64,000 nucleotides of DNA from Felis catus (GCF_018350175.1 NC_058383.1:12092001-12156000), one strand, 5' to 3'. Counted from the stretch's first letter, positions 1 to 12,151 are shown. The notes: generated by a model not told the origin, from the sequence alone. A program made the numbers and translations.

Positions 1-139
1 CCAGGGATTAAGAGGGAGCAACTTCAGGGCAATAGGCGGGAATGTCACTCGGTGTCAGGCTATTGGACCAACAGATTGCGTCAATAATTTGATCCTTGAC
101 ACTTGAGGGATATTTCCAATAGAGAATGCATGACAGTCA

Positions 140-324
140 GGGCACCTGGATGGCTCAGTCGGTGGAGTGTCCAACTCTTGCTTTCAGCTCAGGTCATGAT
201 CCCAAGGTCATGGGATCCAGCCTCACCTTGGGCTCCACGGTGAGTCTGCTTGAGATTCTCTCTCTCCTGCTCACTCTCCGCCCCTCCCCTGCTCATGTTC
301 TCTCTCTCTCCAGTAAAGAAAAAA
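140..324 (+). mobile_element. CAN-SINE (older carnivore subfamily)
   Basis: GGGCACCTGGATGGCTCAGTCGG head (Pol III A box), CAGGTCATGATCCC core, (CT)n region and A-rich tail. Confidence 0.9.
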
Positions 325-479
325 GTGAGGGAATGCACCACCAGGGGCTGGCTAAGGGTGAAGGACAGAAGTCCCCAAGTACTAGAGCCCTCTAGACAAA
401 GGAGAACCATGACTGTGGGTGACATTTTGACATGAGAGTTGGAAAAGAAGGTGAAGATGATTTTCAACTATAGCACACA

Positions 480-770
480 TATGGTAGGCCACACATATGG
501 TGGCCTCCCAAGGAGGTTCACGCCCTAATCCCTGGAACCTGTACATATATTAGGCCACAGGGCAAAGGGGGATTTAGATTTGGAGTGTCCAGATGGAGCA
601 ATGTAATCACAAAAGTCCTTAAAAGTTAAAGAGGAGGTCTGAAGAGTTAAAATCAGAGAAAGAGATGTGAAAATGGCAACCAAGATAGGCTATGTGGTAT
701 GGGAAAGATACAACCCACCATTATTAACTTTCCAGATGAAAAGGAGCCATGAGCCAATGCAGAGCCAAAG
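480..770 (+). mobile_element. MaLR LTR fragment (MLT1D/E-like)
   Basis: TATGGTAGGC...CCCTAATCCCTGGAACCTGT...AATGTAATCACAAAAGTCCTTAAAAG...GGAGCCATGAGCCAA resembles the MLT1D 5' half. Confidence 0.7.
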
Positions 771-814
771 AAAGACCAAGAAACTGTCCTAGATTGTTAG
801 AGGCTAGAGAGTTG

Positions 815-1190
815 TGACTCAATTCAATGTGTGATCCCAGTTTGGGTCCTAGACCAGAAAGAAGATATCAGTTGGGTCACTGAAGAAATTTGAATGAAGT
901 CTAAGGATGGGTTAATATTTCAATGTTAATTTAGTATATTTTTTTAGCGTTTATTTATTATTGAGAGACAGAGAGAGACAGAGCATGAGCATGGGAGGGG
1001 CAGAGAGAAGGAGAGACACAGAATCCGAAGCGGGCTCCAGGCTCCGAGCTGTCGGCACAGAGCCCGACGCAGGGCTCGAACTCACAAACCGCGAGATCAT
1101 GACCTGAGCTGAAGTCGGACACCCAACCGACTGAGCCACCCAGGTGCGCCCCTGTTGATTTGGTATTTTTAATCATTATACTGTGGTAGG
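815..1190 (+). mobile_element. Old L1 (L1ME-like) 3' UTR fragment interrupted by a SINE
   Basis: AATGTGTGATCC...GGGTCCTAGACCAGAAAG...GAAATTTGAAT...TCAATGTTAATT and ATCATTATACTGTGGT motifs. Confidence 0.6.
939..1152 (-). mobile_element. CAN-SINE (feline SINEC_Fc-type)
   Basis: Full reverse-complement body ending CTGAGCCACCCAGGTGCGCCCC; poly-T tail; diverged TSD TGTTAATTTAGTA/TGTTGATTTGGTA. Confidence 0.95.
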
Positions 1191-1499
1191 GTTTGGGTTC
1201 CATGATGGTGAGATACTCTTATGGCTCACCCATCCAGCTAATTACAACTCTGAATTCTAGAGAAGACACGAAAAGGAACTCCCAAAGATTCTGTAAAGTA
1301 ACCAAAAGTAGGCGGGTCATAGAGGGGAGATGACACGTGAAGAAGTGATCTAATTAGGAGCAAACCTTCTTTGGGAGCAAACCTGTCTTTTTTTTTTTTT
1401 CCTGGCACAGCTTCACCTCAAAGGGGGGGGGGGGTCCCAGTCATGGGGCAACATGGCACAGTCTGCTCCAGGAGACACCCTGCCATCTAGAAGTCCTGG

Positions 1500-1900
1500 T
1501 TGTTCACTTTTCTGATCTACTTGGGCATTTCTGTACCCACAGTCTCCATCTCTCTTTTATTTCCTCAAAGGTATTAATCATAGTCATTGAACATTATGTG
1601 TTTGATAATCCCGGCATTTGAATAATGAGGCATCTGATTCTTTTGTCTGTGGCCCTGCTGGCTCAGACGATGGCACTTTTGTGTGCTTTATGAACACTGA
1701 AAATGAGTCATCTTCCCATGAAATGCCATCTGTGAATGTTCTTTGGGGCCTCTTTTGAAGATGCCGACATCTATTGAAGGCTCAGTACGTTCTAACACGT
1801 ATTGATTGGGTTCTCACTGAAAGTCTAGGTGACACTACCCACCTAGGATCGCTTCACGATAAATTCTCAGCTTCAAGTATTTCAGGCTAACCAGGTAGGA
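1500..1900 (-). mobile_element. Probable ancient L1M 5'/ORF1-region remnant
   Basis: ATTAATCATAGTCATT...TTTGATAATCCCGGCATTTGAAT-type motifs seen in antisense old L1 5' regions; very diverged. Confidence 0.35.
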
Positions 1901-2215
1901 TGCTTCAGGGCTACAACCCTATATGAAGGCCAATTTGTAATTGAACATTCAAAGGGAGATGTATCTGTTTCATCGGCCCAGAACAAAGTGAGATGTGGAG
2001 CAAGTGTATATCTCGTTTATTCGTACCACGATACTTAAGTCTTAAGTCTTAATGAGACTTAAGAGGTCACCGTTCTTGTGGGGTTCTCCTATTAGCCACC
2101 CCATCGAATCAGACACTCAATGACACCAATGGGATATCAGCCATTTCTGGTGGTATTACCAAGGCCAAAGCCACCATCCAAGCTCTTTTCCCTTCTGAAG
2201 TCCAGCCTTCTTCTT

Positions 2216-2389
2216 AAAAAGTGTTTATTTGTTTTTAAGAGAGAGTGAGTGGGCGGAGGGCGGGCGAGGATCCGAAGCAGGCTCCACGCTGACAGCACTG
2301 AGCCTAACGCGGGCCTCGAACTCACGAGCTCCAAGATCATGATCTGAGCCAAAGTTGGATGCTCAGCCGACAGAGCCACCCGGGTGCCC
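2216..2389 (-). mobile_element. CAN-SINE
   Basis: GGGCCTCGAACTCACG...GATCATGATCTGAGCC...AGAGCCACCCGGGTGCCC. Confidence 0.9.
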
Positions 2390-2530
2390 TTAAATTCCAA
2401 CTTTCATTTTGTTGGAATGAAACTGAGATTCCCTTAGATCCTGAGATTTCCTTAATTTCTTGCCAGCTCAGAAAGGCTTTTCTCAATATTTTCAACAAAA
2501 TATTTTTAGTTGTTTTAAAAAGAAGGGTTA

Positions 2531-3257
2531 TACCACACTTCACGCCAGTCAGAGTGGCTAAAATGAACAAATCAGGAGACTATAGATGCTGGCGAGGATG
2601 TGGAGAAATGGGAACCCTCTTGCACCGCTGGTGGGAATGCAAACTGGTGCAGCCGCTCTGGAAAACAGTGTGGAGGTTCCTCAAAAAATTAAAAATAGAC
2701 CTATCCTATGACCCAGCAGTAGCACTGCTAGGAATTTACCCAAGGGATCCAGGAGTGCTGATGCAGAGGGGCACTTGTACCCCAATGTGGACAGCAGCAC
2801 TTTCAACAATAGCCAAATTATGGAAAGAGCCTAAATGTCCACCCACTGACGAATAGATAAAGAAATTGTGGTTTATATACACAATGGGATACTACTTGGC
2901 AATGAGAAAGAATGAAATATGGCCTTTTGTAGCAACGTGGATGGAACTGGAGAGTGTTACGCTAAGTGAAATAAGTCCTACAGAGAAAGACATTTACCAT
3001 ATGTTTTCACTCTTATGTGGATCCTGAGAAACTTAACAGAAGACCGTGGGGGAGGGGAAGGAAAAGAAAAAAAGAGAGGGAAGGAGCCAAATCATAAGAG
3101 ACTCTTAAAAACTAAGGACAAACTGAGGGTTGATGGGGGGTAGGAGGGAGGGGTGGGTGCGTGATGGGTATTGAGGAGGGCACCTGTTGGGATGAGCACT
3201 GGGTGTATATATGGAAACCACTTTGACAATAAATTTCATATTCAAAAATTAGTAAAT
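2531..3257 (+). mobile_element. 5'-truncated feline/carnivore L1 (ORF2 C-terminus plus 3' UTR)
   Basis: Translates [53 protein letters not shown] (L1 ORF2 Cys-rich C-terminus); premature TAG at 2854-2856; carnivore 3' UTR; 14-bp TSD AAAAAGAAGGG(T/C)TA at 2517-2530 and 3258-3271 at a TT/AAAA site. Confidence 0.95.
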
Positions 3258-3371
3258 AAAAAGAAGGGCTAGAAAATCAGCCATGCTGCTGGAAACAGAT
3301 ATATCTGTATCCACCGTTGGCTGTGGACTATACTTTCTGAATCTCCTACTCTGAAGAGATGTCAGCGGTTC

Positions 3372-3595
3372 ACTGACATGAAATATCCAGAATAGATAAA
3401 TCCATAGAGACAGAATGCAGGTTGGTGTTTGCCAGAGACTTGTAGGCAGGAGAGAAGGGGGAACAATTGTTTAATGGGTGCGGGGTTTCCTTTGGGGTGA
3501 TAAAAATGTTTTGGAATTAAATAGAGGTGATAGTTGCACAACATATGGAATGCACTAAATGCTACTTCATTGTTTGCTTTAGCATGGCGAATGTT
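3372..3595 (+). mobile_element. Old L1 (L1MB-like) 3' end
   Basis: AAATATCCAGAATAGATAAATCCATAGAGACAGAA...GGGGTGATAAAAATGTTTTGGAATTA...GTTGCACAACAT. Confidence 0.8.
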
Positions 3596-3638
3596 GGGGT
3601 GCCTGGGTGGCTCGGTTGTCTGAGCTCAGTTGGTTAAG
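3596..3638 (+). mobile_element. Truncated CAN-SINE head
   Basis: GGGGTGCCTGGGTGGCTC...GCTCAGTTGGTTAAG then abrupt switch to L1 ORF2 sequence. Confidence 0.7.
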
Positions 3639-3644
3639 ATTAAA

Positions 3645-6108
3645 TGATAATCTCAAGATGAAGAAAAATCCTTTGAGAAAAGTCAACATTCGTTCATGAT
3701 AAAAACTCTCGTCAGAGTAGGAATAGAAGGGAGCTTTCTCAATCTGGTAAAGGATATTTATGCAAAACTTAAAAGTAATATCATGTTTAATGGTGAATAT
3801 TAATGCTTTCTTCACTACCCTCAGGAACAAGGCAAGGATACCCATTTCCACTGCTTCTATTCAACATTGCCCTGGAAGTCCTATCCGGGAGTATAAAAAG
3901 AAAAAATAAAATAAAAGAAGCATCCGGATTGGGAAGGAAGAAGTAAAATTATTTTTATTAACAGATGACATGACTGCGTATGCAGAAAATCATGAAGATT
4001 ATACGCAAAGGCTACTATAGCCAAAAAGTAAATATACAAAAAATAAGTTATATTCCGATATGCTAGCAACAGCTGGAAAATGAAACTTTTAAAAAACTCC
4101 ATGATGTGCAATCAAACTCAAAACTTGTAGAAATATGTAACAAAGTTATGTGTTAGATCTATATACTAACGCCGTATTTCTGAGACATTAAAGAAGACAA
4201 ATAAACGGAGAGATACATCTTTTTCATGGATTGGAAGACTCAATATTATTAAGATATCAATTCTCTCCAAATTAATCCATAGATTCAATGCAATCCCAAT
4301 CAACACATCAGCAGAATGGTGTAGAAACTGACAAAGCAAATCCAAAATTTCTATGGAAACATGAATGGCTTAGAATACCCAAAACAGGGGCGCCTGGGTG
4401 GCGCAGTAGGTTAAGCGTCCGACTTCAGCCAGGTCACGATCTCGCGGTCCGTGAGTTCGAGCCCCGCGTCAGGCTCTGGGCTGATGGCTCAGAGCCTGGA
4501 GCCTGTTTCCGATTCTGTGTCTCCCTCTCTCTCTGCCCCTCCCCCGTTCATGCTCTGTCTCTCTCTGTCCCAAAAATAAATAAAAACGCTGAAAAAAAAA
4601 TTTAAAAAAAAAGAATACCCAAAACAGTTCTGAAAAAGGAGAACAAGTTGGAGGATGTATATGACCTAATTTCAAGACTTACTATACAATTACAGCTCTG
4701 AAGACAGTGTGGTATTGGGGTATAGATGAACGGAACAGAAAATAGAACCCAGACGTGTACCCACACATATATGACCAATCGATTTTTGACACAAGTGCTA
4801 AGGCAACCGAATGGGGAAAAGATAATCTTTTCAGCAAATGGTACTTGAATAGTCAATTGAATAATCAATCAGTTTCTAGCAAAAGTACCACGTCAATCCA
4901 ACGGGAAAAGGAACATCTTTTTAACACACGGTGCTGGACCAAACTGGAGAGGCGTGTGAATAAAAATGAGATCTCAAAGCCTATCTCACTCCACACACAA
5001 AGCTTAATCCAAGCTGGCTCTTAGACCCACACATAAGAATGATCTATACCATAATATTACAAGAAGAAAAGGTATGAGAAAATCTTCATGAGCTGGGCAA
5101 AGATGTCTTAGATGGATCACAAAACAATACAATAGAAAATGTTGATAAATTAGAGTTTACCAAAATTAAAAAAAAAAAAATTAAGGTCATCAAAAGAAGT
5201 GAAGAAAGTAAAAAACAAAAACAGAAACAAACAAACAAAAAAAACCAAGCTACTGACGGGGAGAAAATATTTGCAATATGTATATCTGACAAAGGACTCC
5301 TGTCCAGAATACAAATCAACAAAGCAGGAAAGCAATCCAATCCAAGATGGGCAGAAACTAGAATCGATACTTTATAAGGAAAGATCTATGAATGACTCGT
5401 AAGTCTATCTGTCATTAGGGAAATGACAAGAGCTCCCTCACACTTGCTAGAGTGGCTACAGTATTTCAAATGATGGCCCATATCAGTGTTGATGAAGCTA
5501 TCAAGCAACTGGAAATGTGAGGTGGAATTGTCATAAAATAGTAGAATCCCTTTGCCCGATTCTCATATAAAAGTTGAGCATTCATCAGCTGTGACTCAAG
5601 CAATCCCACTCTAAGGTTTTTACCCAAAAGAAATGAAAACATATGACCACAAAAGGGCTTCTGCCAGGATGCTCTTAGCAGCCTTCTCATTATTCGTAAT
5701 GGCTTCAAACTGGAAAAAAAAAAAAGTACTCACCACCAGCAGTTAAATGATAAATTTTGGAATACTACTCAGCCATAAACAATGAACAATTGATCCAAAC
5801 AACAACCTGGATGAATTTCGACTTCGTTATACTGAGTATTAAAAGGAACACAGGATGTCTTTACCATGTATTTATGACTTTCCGTGAAGTCTAGTTAACA
5901 GGAAAAAGAAATCTGTTGATAGGAATTAGCAGATGGGGAAGGGCATGGTGAGGGGTAAGCAACAGACCAGAACGGGGCTCGGATGAGCTTTCAGTCATGA
6001 TGAAAATGTTATGCGTCTTGCTTGGGGTGGCAGACAATTGCCAAATTTAACCCAACTCAACATTGAAGACCCATGCATTATATTTTAGGTAAGTTATACT
6101 TTAATTTA
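3645..6108 (+). mobile_element. Decayed L1M: ORF2 reverse-transcriptase region through 3' UTR
   Basis: Degenerate DAEKAFDK, SGTRQG (TCAGGAACAAGGCAAGGA), LLFNI.LEVL, FADDM-like (ACAGATGACATG) and SWIGRLNIIK (TCATGGATTGGAAGACTCAATATT) motifs; many stops and frameshifts. Confidence 0.9.
4387..4611 (+). mobile_element. Young feline CAN-SINE inserted in L1M
   Basis: Near-consensus GGGGCGCCTGGGTGGCGCAG...CTTCAGCCAGGTCACG body; perfect TSD AGAATACCCAAAACA at 4372-4386 and 4612-4626. Confidence 0.97.
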
Positions 6109-6109
6109 A

Positions 6110-6116
6110 ACACACA

Positions 6117-6155
<39 letters not shown>
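6110..6155. repeat. (CA)n microsatellite
   Basis: CA run with a short CGCG interruption. Confidence 0.97.
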
Positions 6156-6156
<1 letters not shown>

Positions 6157-6211
6157 ATGGTCCAAATTCTTCAGGGAGCTTGGAATGCTTGTTAATGCCT
6201 AACTTTTTGTA

Positions 6212-6349
6212 AAATAAGAAATTTATTGTCAAATTGGTTTCCATGCAACACCCAGTGTCCATCCCAACAGGTGCCCTCCTCAATGCCCATCACCCACCCT
6301 CCCCTCCCTCCCACCCCCCATCAACCTTCAGTTTATTCTCAGTTTTTAA
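6212..6349 (-). mobile_element. Short feline L1 3' UTR insertion
   Basis: Reverse complement of the same 3' UTR seen at ~3105-3240 (AAATTTATTGTCAAATTGGTTTCCAT...CATCAACCTTCAGTTTATTCTC). Confidence 0.9.
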
Positions 6350-6504
6350 CCTGACTTTTATGTACCAGTCCACCTTTGACTTTTGTTTAACCTGGGGACA
6401 CAGGTCCAGATTTAATCCCAGACAAAGATGTTTGATCCATCAATGTCCATAGTTAGACCCACAGACCAACACCTAATTCTAAGTCTGCTCTCTTGTTCTT
6501 TTTC

Positions 6505-7500
6505 TTTCTTCCTTCATGTATGCATTCAATTGACACATTTTGATCATCTCCTACTCTTCCAGGCCCTGGAGATACATCAACAAACAAGCTAGACAAAATC
6601 CTTCCTTTCCAGGAGCATATAGTCCAGACGGAGAAACAGATAAGAAGCAAGTAGAAAGACTTCCAGAGAGTCATGACTGAGAGGAAGTATGAAAGGCAGA
6701 GTAGAAGATAGTGAGTAACTAGTCGTTGGAAAGGTATTATGTGATGAGTTTAGGGGGGCACATTAACAGGCAAAGACCCTATTGCTGATGTTGAAGGAGG
6801 GTTGACAACGCGGAAATCTGGGAGGAAGAGTATTCCAAGGAGAGGGACTAGCAGGGGTCAAGCCCCCAGGAGAAGAATCAACTTTGGGTGTGGGAGAAGA
6901 GGAAGTGGGAAGTAGTAGAAAGCCAAGCACCTGCAGCAGAGGGGACAAAGGGAACCAACCGGGTACGTGAACATTAGGGAAAGGAGGCTAGTTTATATAG
7001 GGGTTTGGATTTCATTCATTCATTTTTAAACAGAGAAGGTTCATGATCTGTTTTAGATTTTAAATGTGTATGTAGGCAGTTGTGTGGCAAGCATATCGTA
7101 AGAGGGCAAGTGTGGAAGCAATTAAGTTGGTAGGAGGGTCTTGTAGAAACCCAGGTGAGGGATGATGGTGGCTTGGACCAGCATAGAGACAGGAACTGGT
7201 GCAGAGTAGCCAGACTGAGAGCATCTTTTTTTTTTTTATAATTTTTTTTTTTCAACGTTTATTTATTTTTGGGACAGAGAGAGACAGAGCATGAATGGGG
7301 GAGGGGCAGAGAGAGAGGGAGACACAGAATCGGAAACAGGCTCCAGGCTCTGAGCCATCAGCCCAGAGCCCGACGCGGGGCTCGAACTCACGGACCGCGA
7401 GATCGTGACCTGGCTGCAGTCGGACGCTTAACCGACTGCGCCACCCAGGCGCCCCCAGACTGAGAGCATCTTGGAAAGGCCTACAACTAAGGCTATTCAC
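6505..7500 (-). mobile_element. L2 (LINE2) fragment interrupted by a SINE
   Basis: CATTCAATTGACACATTTTGATCATCTCCTACT...AGACAAAATCCTT...CCAGGTGAGGGATGATGGTGGCTTGGACCAG typical of antisense L2. Confidence 0.8.
7228..7455 (-). mobile_element. Young feline CAN-SINE
   Basis: Near-consensus body; perfect 17-bp TSD CAGACTGAGAGCATCTT at 7211-7227 and 7456-7472. Confidence 0.97.
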
Positions 7501-7560
7501 AGACTTCAGACTACAATTCCAGAGCAATTCCGGCCACTTATTTTCTCTGAAATTTCCCAT

Positions 7561-8393
7561 AGTATCAGTTAACTAGGCTATGTGTGGCCCATTCAGGCTG
7601 CTGTAACACAATACCCTAAACCAGGTGCCTCATGAAGCACAGACATTTACTTCTCACAGTTCTGGAGGCCGGGAAGTCCAAGGTCAAGGCACCATCAGCT
7701 TCGGAATCTGGTGAGAGTCCACTTTCTGGCTCATGGACGGTCGTCTTCTCACTGTTTCCTCACATGGCGGAAGGGTCCAGGGAGTTCTCTGGGGTCTCTT
7801 TCATAAGATCTCTAATCCCATTCATGGGGGCTCTACCCTCAAGACCTAATCATCCCAGAGTCCCCACATTTGAAAATTATCACATCGGAGATGAGGATTT
7901 CACATGTGAATTTTGGGGGGACAGAAACATTCAGTCTAGAGCCAGTCACAATAAGGCTAAGGTAACCAACTACCCCAAAACAGAGTGACTTGAAACAATC
8001 CTTTGTTCTCACTAATCTGTTGGCCATTGTGGGGGTCGGCTCATTATATAGTCTGAGGCTTCTGTGCATGTGTGGCTAAACTAGTCAAGCTTAAATAGAG
8101 CAACTTGGCTCTGCTCCCATGAACCTCATTCATCCTGGGGCCAGTAGACTGGCCCAGGCATGTCCTTCTCAGGGGCATGGCCAAGGACAATCATGCAGGC
8201 ATTTTGCAAGGCCTCCTGTTTTGTGTTGTGTGTGCTACTGTCCCATTGGCCAAAGCGAGGCTCAAAGGGCTAAACCTGGAATCACGGGTCCAGGAATAGA
8301 TTCTGCCTCTTCGTGGGAGGAGCTGGACAGTCTCATGGCATAAGGCATGGATAGAGGGAAGGGTGAAGATGGACATGAGGGCCATCTGCCACA
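7561..8393 (-). mobile_element. Old MaLR LTR (MLT1H/J-like) carrying a nested MLT1A
   Basis: TATCAGTTAACTAGGCTATG...GGTAACCAACTACCCCAAAA...GTCCCATTGGCCAAAGC...CTCTTCGTGGGAGGAGCTG...TCTGCCACA. Confidence 0.65.
7581..7943 (-). mobile_element. MaLR LTR MLT1A/MLT1A0-like
   Basis: CATTCAGGCTGCTGTAACA...TCTCACAGTTCTGGAGGCCGGGAAGTCCAAGGTCAAGG...TGAATTTTGGGGGGACAGAAACATTCAG. Confidence 0.85.
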
Positions 8394-10140
8394 CTCATAT
8401 TCACGCTTATGCCTTGGGCCATAGGCATGAGGGGTCCAATGCAGTGGCTCTTTCAATGTAGCTGGCCCCCCCTCCCCCTTCCATGGATCCAGCTCCAAGC
8501 TTGAGTATGATTCAGGCAGAGTTCAAAGCAGCCACGGCTACTCAGTAAGGAAGATATTGCTGCTTCTGTTGCCCACAGTCCCCAAGGAAAGTTCCAACTG
8601 GGATAGTTCGTCAGTGTTAAAGAGGATGGTCACTGCGACAAGAAAGGCGTGTAGCTTTCAATGGTAAAAAGAAGTGGGCTTCCTAGGGAATGTCGCAAGC
8701 TCGGAACAGGGATGGGGCTTCCTGAAACAGCCCTACAACGTTAATATTTCAAGCAACGCTGGCAACTTTGACTCTTGAGCGCTGATGAGCCACCACGTCC
8801 ATGAGCTAAATGACGGCGGTGGCTCGTCCATCCCCAGGTAAGTGAGACAAAAGCTTCAGACTGCGGTGTTGTCAATTGCCCAGTAGTGACCAAGAGCCCG
8901 AGCCTTTTCACCTGGCAGAGACTGTCTGTCAGGGCAACGAGAAGCCAACTAACTCCAGGTGAGGGTCAGCCTGACAGTAAGATGATATTTCGGATGCTTC
9001 CCGAATGTGCAGGAAGAAGGAAAAACCCCCTCTCCTTTGGGGGAAGAGATGTTCCAGCTCTTTATTCGTTTTGATAGCGAAGTTATGCATAAGATAATGT
9101 GTAAAAATGGGTGCTACATAAACAAACCTTCACAGCGGCGCTAAGCTCACCAAACGCAGGCACTTGGCCGCGTCCGCCAAACGGCACACGCGCTTCCGTA
9201 TGGCGAAACCAATTGACGGGAGAGTCTTTGCAACTGTGGCCTCTGTGTGCCTGGGCCAGTGGGCTTATGTGGATGTTTAACACTCATTCAACAAACTTTT
9301 GTTATATACTTGTTCCGCACAGTGTGCGGGAGCTGGAGCAGGAGAGGAAGGGCGGCGGTGAGGGGGAAGGACAAGCCAGGATTCTAAAAAGAGATGCCAA
9401 GGGGCAGAAGAGTCTCCCATCTCCCTCCATTTAGCTTCCCTTCTGGAGGAGGGTCAGAGCTCTAGGTGGTGCGGTGGGCAAGGGGTGTGGAGCATAGACC
9501 AAGAAGTTAAAAGAACAAAGGAGCATCATGGTCCCCCAGCAAAAAGAGCCCTTAAGTTAATCTAGCCTACTAGGTCAATGTCTGGCGTGGACAACATATA
9601 CGGATCCAGATGTGGCCTGTAGCCTACCAGAGTTCTGGCAAGGTTTCAGCTTTTCTACTCGTCGCAAATTGGCTCTCAGAAGAGCCTTCCGTTCGGTGAA
9701 AATTACCAAATCGGTGAAACTTAACAGCTCAGAGCAGAACTGTAAACTAGCCATCAAGCATCCTGCGGTTGTTTCTCGTGCCCTTCAGGGTCTCGGCTTT
9801 GTGTAACCATGACAGAACATTCCACTAAGACTCTGCTCAAGTATTCCCGAGGCACGCGTGGCTGAGGGTGCGAAATGGGCCTCGGGTCCCACATCTCCGA
9901 ACAAGTTTGCTTTACAGGTTCATAGATGAGAGCAGCGAAAGACTTGTAAACAATGACTAACTCAATGTTCTTTGAATGCCCATTCCCTGCCAATGGGGTT
10001 CTGAGGCATACAGGGACAAAACAAACATCCCACGTGGGCAAAGCGCATACACGACGTATCCCTAGTCAAAGACATTTCGTTATCCATACATTAAGGAAAT
10101 TTCTTATCCAGAAAATGGCGATTTTCCAGGCACTGTAACG

Positions 10141-10693
10141 CACACTGTTCTGGAGGCCGGAAATCTGGGGTCGGGGTAATCAGGGCCGTGCTTTCTCGAG
10201 GCTCTAGGGGAGAATCTGCTGCTTTCTCTTAGCTCCTGGTTTACCAGCAACCCTTGGTGTCCCTGGGCTTGTAATGGCAGAACTCCATTCTCTGTGTCTT
10301 TCTCCTGTGCGCGTCTCTTCTCTTCCGATAAGAGCACAAGTCATATTGGATTAGGGCCCACCCTAATCACCGCATCTTATTTTCTTTACATCTACAAAGA
10401 CTATTTCCAGGGGCGCCTGGGTGGCTCAGTCAGTTAGGCATCCTACTCTTGATTTCGGCTTAGGTCATGATCTCATAGTTCCTGGGATCAAGCCTCACGT
10501 CGGGCTCCGCACTGACAGCTCAGAGCCTGCTGGGATTCTCTGTCTCCCTCTCTCTGCCCCTCCCCTTCTCCTGCTCTCTCTCTCTGTGTCTCTCTCGAAA
10601 TAAATAGACTATTTCCAAAAAAGTTCACATTCAGAGTGCTGGAAGATACTACTTCAACATATCCTTTTGGGGGGTGCAATCCAACCCGTAATA
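10141..10693 (-). mobile_element. MaLR LTR MLT1B/C-like interrupted by a SINE
   Basis: GGCTCTAGGGGAGAATC...GTCATATTGGATTAGGGCCCACCCTAAT...ACATCTACAAAGACTATTTCCAAA...TTCAACATATCCTTTTGGGGG. Confidence 0.85.
10410..10605 (+). mobile_element. CAN-SINE
   Basis: Full body; TSD AGACTATTTCCA at 10398-10409 and 10606-10617. Confidence 0.95.
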
Positions 10694-11399
10694 ATAGCCC
10701 AAAGTTGGAAGGGTAAGATAGTAGTTGCTTGTGAAGAAGAGATATACCGTCTCCACATAGTCTTAAGAGACGAGCAGGAGTTTGACAGACAAGGGAGAAA
10801 GAGATCATCGAAAAGGAAGGACCTGCATTGTGTGGGAACTTAGAAGCACGAAACCGAATTGTGGGCTCAGCTCGGAGGAACAGCACAGCAAAATAGGCCT
10901 TCGAGAAATGTCTGCGGAAGTGGTGTCTGTGGGAGGGACAGGAGAGGTAAAACTGGAGGTTGGATCAAAGATTGCAGGTTGGTGAAAGGCGTTCGTCTTA
11001 CAGAGGATCCTGGGAGTGAGCAGGCCAAGCAGGAGAATTGGCATGATGAATGTCGTGGTCCAGGCTGGTCAGAGAAAGAAGCAAGGGCTCCAGGGGCTCG
11101 GGGCTGGCGTCAGTGGCATTGGGAGATGCAATCAGGAAATGTCTCCATGCAGGCAAAAAAGAAAGTGGAGAGGGAGAGAAGGACAGGCTGCTGGAAGGAC
11201 AGGAGGCTGTCGTCGTGCAGGGGGAGTACTGGGCCGTGGGAGAATGCTCTGGATACCTCAACCTAAGGAACAAGTCAGTGGACCCTCGGTAAGCTTCCTC
11301 AAAACCTGCTGAGTTATATCTTTCCCCGTCCACATGTCTCCATATCTATCATTCTCTCCCTCTCATCCCCTTTGTTTCTTTCCTTCTTTCTTTTTTCTT

Positions 11400-11600
11400 T
11401 GAGAACTTTATTTTTGTAAAATAAAACACAAACAGGCAAAAAAGCTCATGACTCAGGGCATCATCTTAAAGCAAAACCAGCACCCAGATCAGGAAATAGA
11501 TCACTCCCAGCCTCCCAGGAGTCCCTCGTGTCCTCCCTCAACACATTCCCCCCTCCCTTTCCACAGGTGCCTGCCTGTCCTTCTGGCTTCTAACACTTCT
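11400..11600 (-). mobile_element. L1ME-like 3' end fragment
   Basis: AACCAGCACCCAGATCAGGAAATAGA...CCAGCCTCCCAGGAGTCCCTCGTG...CTGGCTTCTAACAC. Confidence 0.55.
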
Positions 11601-11704
11601 CTTGTATCTTTGTTTCTCTTTCTTGTTTTGCTTCTGTGGTCGCATCATCTCCTTTGCCCTAATTTCACCAGACTCCTTGAGCCCCTTCTCAGACCTTCCA
11701 GATC

Positions 11705-11847
11705 ACTCAGGGATCTCCAGAGAAACAGAACCAATAGGAGGGAGAGAGAGAGAGAGACAGAGACAGAGAGAGAGAGAAACCCAGGAAAATGTTTTTTGTG
11801 GGCACCCCATGGCCCAGTCAAGTTGATACATAAAATTAAGCCTCACA
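11705..11847 (-). mobile_element. Internally deleted MLT2 (ERVL) LTR
   Basis: TCAGGGATCTCCAGAGAAACAGAACCAATAGGA(GA)n joined to GGCCCAGTCAAGTTGATACATAAAATTAAGCCTCACA, i.e. both LTR termini. Confidence 0.75.
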
Positions 11848-11943
11848 TTCTCCTTTTTTATTTCTACCACTATCCCCTGTTAATTGGTCACAAAATAGGA
11901 TCAGAAGTTTAATCCCCAGGGGATAATAATCCCCTGCTCTTAA

Positions 11944-12151
11944 TTTTTTTTTTAATGTTTTTTTTTTTTAACGTTTTATTTATTTATGAATGGGGGAGGA
12001 GCAGAGAGAGAGGGAGACGCAGAACCAGAAGCAGGCTCCAGGCTCTGAGCCATCAGCCCAGAGCCCGACGCGGGGCTCAAACTCACGGACCACGAGATCG
12101 TGACCTGAGCTGAAGTCGGACGCTCAACCGACTGAGCCACCCAGGCGCCCC
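11944..12151 (-). mobile_element. Feline CAN-SINE
   Basis: Body ending GCCACCCAGGCGCCCC; TSD CCCTG(C/T)TCTTAA at 11932-11943 and 12152-12163. Confidence 0.95.

Noticed and set aside
2034..2063. Hairpin CTTAAGTCT-TAATG-AGACTTAAG
   Set aside because: A 9-bp stem built from a repeated palindromic CTTAAG; expected from slippage and too short for a miRNA or terminator.
2359..2856. 165-aa ORF with CWRGC/WWECK motif as a gene
   Set aside because: It is the C-terminus of a 5'-truncated L1 ORF2 with a premature stop, read in from flanking sequence.
9211..9220. AATTGACGGG resembling a conserved SSU rRNA motif
   Set aside because: Only 10 bp, and the flanks do not match rRNA.
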